Part shown: one piece after another, positions 61,151 to 64,000 of the stretch
How the letters are laid out: every line of letters begins with the position of its first letter
Numbering within the stretch: the first letter of the stretch is position 1
Origin: Chiloscyllium plagiosum
Lineage: Eukaryota
Direction: 5' to 3'
DNA length: 64,000 nt
NCBI RefSeq assembly: GCF_004010195.1
Contig: NC_057716.1
Span: forward strand, 11,156,235-11,220,234
Translations under genes and position numbers: made by a program
Notes under the pieces: generated by a model
The model's database searches: none
The model's input: the letters and a program-made list of their open reading frames with translations, nothing else
What the model was told of the DNA's origin: nothing

Positions 61151-64000
61151 GTCGATGTTTGGTTTTGGTTTTGGTGTCCTCATCTCCACCCCATTCCATG
61201 CTTTTTTTAAAAATATGGATTACCTTCCCGGTGGAAAAAGAGCTGGTACTATTCCATCATCCATAGTCTGCAGCCGATCTGGAGCGGTTCACAGAGCGGC
61301 TGGGTTAGGAGCAGAGTCTAACCGCACCATAGAAATATCTGTGGAATAAGTTGCGATGGAACCACTGTGGTTGGCTATCCTTCATGTGATGAGAATGATG
61401 TGACTGCGTTCAGTCTCATGATCAGCTGCAACTCCTCTCTCCGCTGTTGTTTTGTGGGAGGGTATTTGCACTGCAGTGTCCAATATCCGTTTGGTGTCTG
61501 TTTCTGAAATGTACCTGTTGTCATTGATCGCATTTCACTTGTTTGGTTTCAGCCCTTTGGGTAATAATGCATGCCGTCAAGGGGTAGAATAGAATGGTTT
61601 TCAAGCTTTTGCTATTCGTCCATCATTTGTGTGTTTACCTATGGATTCATTCTTGAATCCAATTTTTTTTTGGAAATTACTAATTAGTATCGCAAGCTGC
61701 CAATCGTTTAGCATATATTCAATCCTGAGACATCGCTAACAGCAATCCTTTCTAACAGCCCAGATTTACAAAGCCTATCGCGAATAACTATAACGATGTA
61801 GCTATTTAAATAGTATTCTCCTCTCTGAACTATGTACTACAATTCACCGTGTGGCCCACAGGATATATTTTTGGACATCCCTCTTGAATTGTGTGCTACC
61901 TTTTGTCGTTGGAGATTGCTGTACCGACAGAAAAACGGGTTTAGTTCGGCTGTGTGAGAGTTTGAGCTGTAAATGAGCCATACTACATTTGCTGGTGATC
62001 TGAGAAATTGACAAGCAAGGTGATTCCAGAATTTAGAACAAGTGACAGGAAGCATTGAGCATTTGAAGAATTTCTATTAGGGGATTAAACCTTTCCCCCT
62101 AACCAATCCTTATACTGTATGAATTGTAATATACCCTAAACCACCAGAAAACCATTGATTAGTTTTATTGCTGCCAAATTAATCTAAGCAACGTACTGGC
62201 ATTAGTCAAGCAGCTATCAAAAGGACACAGTGGCCAACAAATAAGCTTGATAGATGAATGATGTTAGGGGAAGGGTCGAAGCTTCAAGAATGAAGGCTTC
62301 AACAATTTGTGCTAGGACCATTATTGTTTTGAATATACATCAACTCAAATTTGGGAATTCATCACATATCTGGTAAAATTACAAACATTTGTAAATTATG
62401 GGGCCAGTTTATACACTCTAAGGGTTCTATGATCTGAAAAAAACTGAGTGAAATCCATGTTCGCAGGTGAGAAATAAATAGGTGATAACTTTTACAGATG
62501 CTGTTGAAAGAAATTTATTGGTATTAGATTTTAAGTCTGAGTCTTAAAAATGGTTATCAGAACTAATTTGAGAGGATACTATTGTGATTTAACTTCCAGA
62601 TAGCTTTCGTAGTTGACTGAAGTTCATATTAATATATTTGTGCTGCTTCCTTAGACAAGATGTACATTTGAGAACTAGTTTACTAATTTGTGACATTATT
62701 GGTCTAAACAATATCAGCATATTCAATTAGTATGGATCAGAAATCAACAAAGCCAACAGAATAGTGAAACACATTGCTAATTCAGTAGAGTTTAACATTG
62801 GAAGATGAAATACCCTATCAGTCCAGAAGTGTTGTCAGAATGTAGTTTGAACTTTGTACCTATGTATGGTTATCACATCAAGATCCTTGAATGTTGTGCT
62901 ACTGTGACAATATACTTCTTCTAATAGAAGAGCTAAAATGGGTAAAATCGTCATCTTCCTCTATATTTAATTCACACTTTGGCACTTCAACTGTACTTTG
63001 TTAATATAAACAGTAAGTAATGAAGTTACTGAATAAACCTTAGTGAAATGTTTATCTAATGAATTCTCTCTGGTTGGAAATTAATGTGTAGAAATGTCTA
63101 ATTATGTTCTACCATTTATTAAATTGGAAATTAAGTTTATTTGGTATGGTAAATATCTTAAGCCTAAATAAATATAATTATAAACTTTGTGATCTTTAAG
63201 TAGTGATATAGGTGCAAAATTACACTTCTGAATTTTAAAATGCTTCTACGTTTCATGCTATATTTCCACTATATGCTATATTTCTTGAATAAATAAATTA
63301 TTGCAGAGAGTATCAATGTTGCTGTGATTGAAAATGTTAAGTGCCCTAAGTAACCAAACATAAATCAAATGATACATCTATCTCTGTCGGACCATTTCAG
63401 AGTCATGAAGAATCCTTACCTTTTAAAAATGGAACATTACTTTTTACGCCCCTTTAGGTTACTGCAGCATGCATCTTCTCCCTTGCTATGTCAAGAACTC
63501 CTAGTATTCTCATCCTTGCCAACTATTGCTAAATCACTGTCTTTTAAAATGTAATCTTTAATTAGAACCCAGTAAATTTTGGTAGTTTGAAAGTAAAACT
63601 CAAAATGCTGCAGGAACATTATCTACAGAGGCAACAGATCAGTTGACTGACCTTCTGTATATTTCCAGAATTTTGTTTTTTGTTCTTGACCTTATCTACA
63701 TCTGTGTCCTTCGGCTGCATATTTTCCCAAGCAACATCTGCTCCACAGTCAGTAGGTTAGTCCATATATCTCTGTTTCTGTTGCTTTGCATGTTATGACT
63801 TGAATTAAGTAACTGTTTGAGATCAGTAAAAATCTTTAACTTTGATGTTTACTTGTAACAAGAGGTTGTCCGTAGATGGAAGGGAAGCATAATGTGGCAG
63901 TAATTGGGGATTCAATAACTAGCAAGACTATGATTTGAGAGCAGAGTTAGGAGTCCCATGTGATAACTTGATTTGCTGGTGCAAGGATGAGGAGCTATCT

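Noticed and set aside
61150-64000. Coding exons of the downstream gene
   Set aside because: No ORF with splice sites and recognisable homology. It appears intronic, with decayed LINE sequence around 62200-62900.

Overview
Vertebrate nuclear genomic DNA, almost certainly from a cartilaginous fish (inferred from HE1-type SINEs, many CR1 LINEs and Penelope-like elements), with one assembly gap (6272-6840). Two genes can be rebuilt by hand with consistent splice phases. On + is shugoshin 2 (SGO2-like): 7 coding exons at 8936-25190, first coding exon not found in the window, one GC-AG intron. On - is cytosolic NADP-isocitrate dehydrogenase IDH1: 8 coding exons at 28817-52327 totalling 1245 nt (414 aa), plus a non-coding first exon and CpG-rich promoter near 53.7-54.0 kb. 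A second CpG-rich promoter/first exon at about 60.9-61.1 kb faces away from IDH1 and may be PIKFYVE, on synteny alone. The most notable non-genic signal is that the termini of about five different Penelope-type repeat families carry a minimal hammerhead ribozyme core (CUGAnGA-N-stem II-GAAA, palindromic ACGU/AGCU helix III, UH), with compensatory stem changes between families. Other signals: inverted Penelope insertions with target-site duplications, an A-to-G hypermutated SINE, twin CR1 copies sharing private mutations, a tandem RRTF-motif expansion in SGO2 and a non-canonical IDH1 PTS1 (HKL). All coordinates were read by eye and repeat boundaries are approximate.
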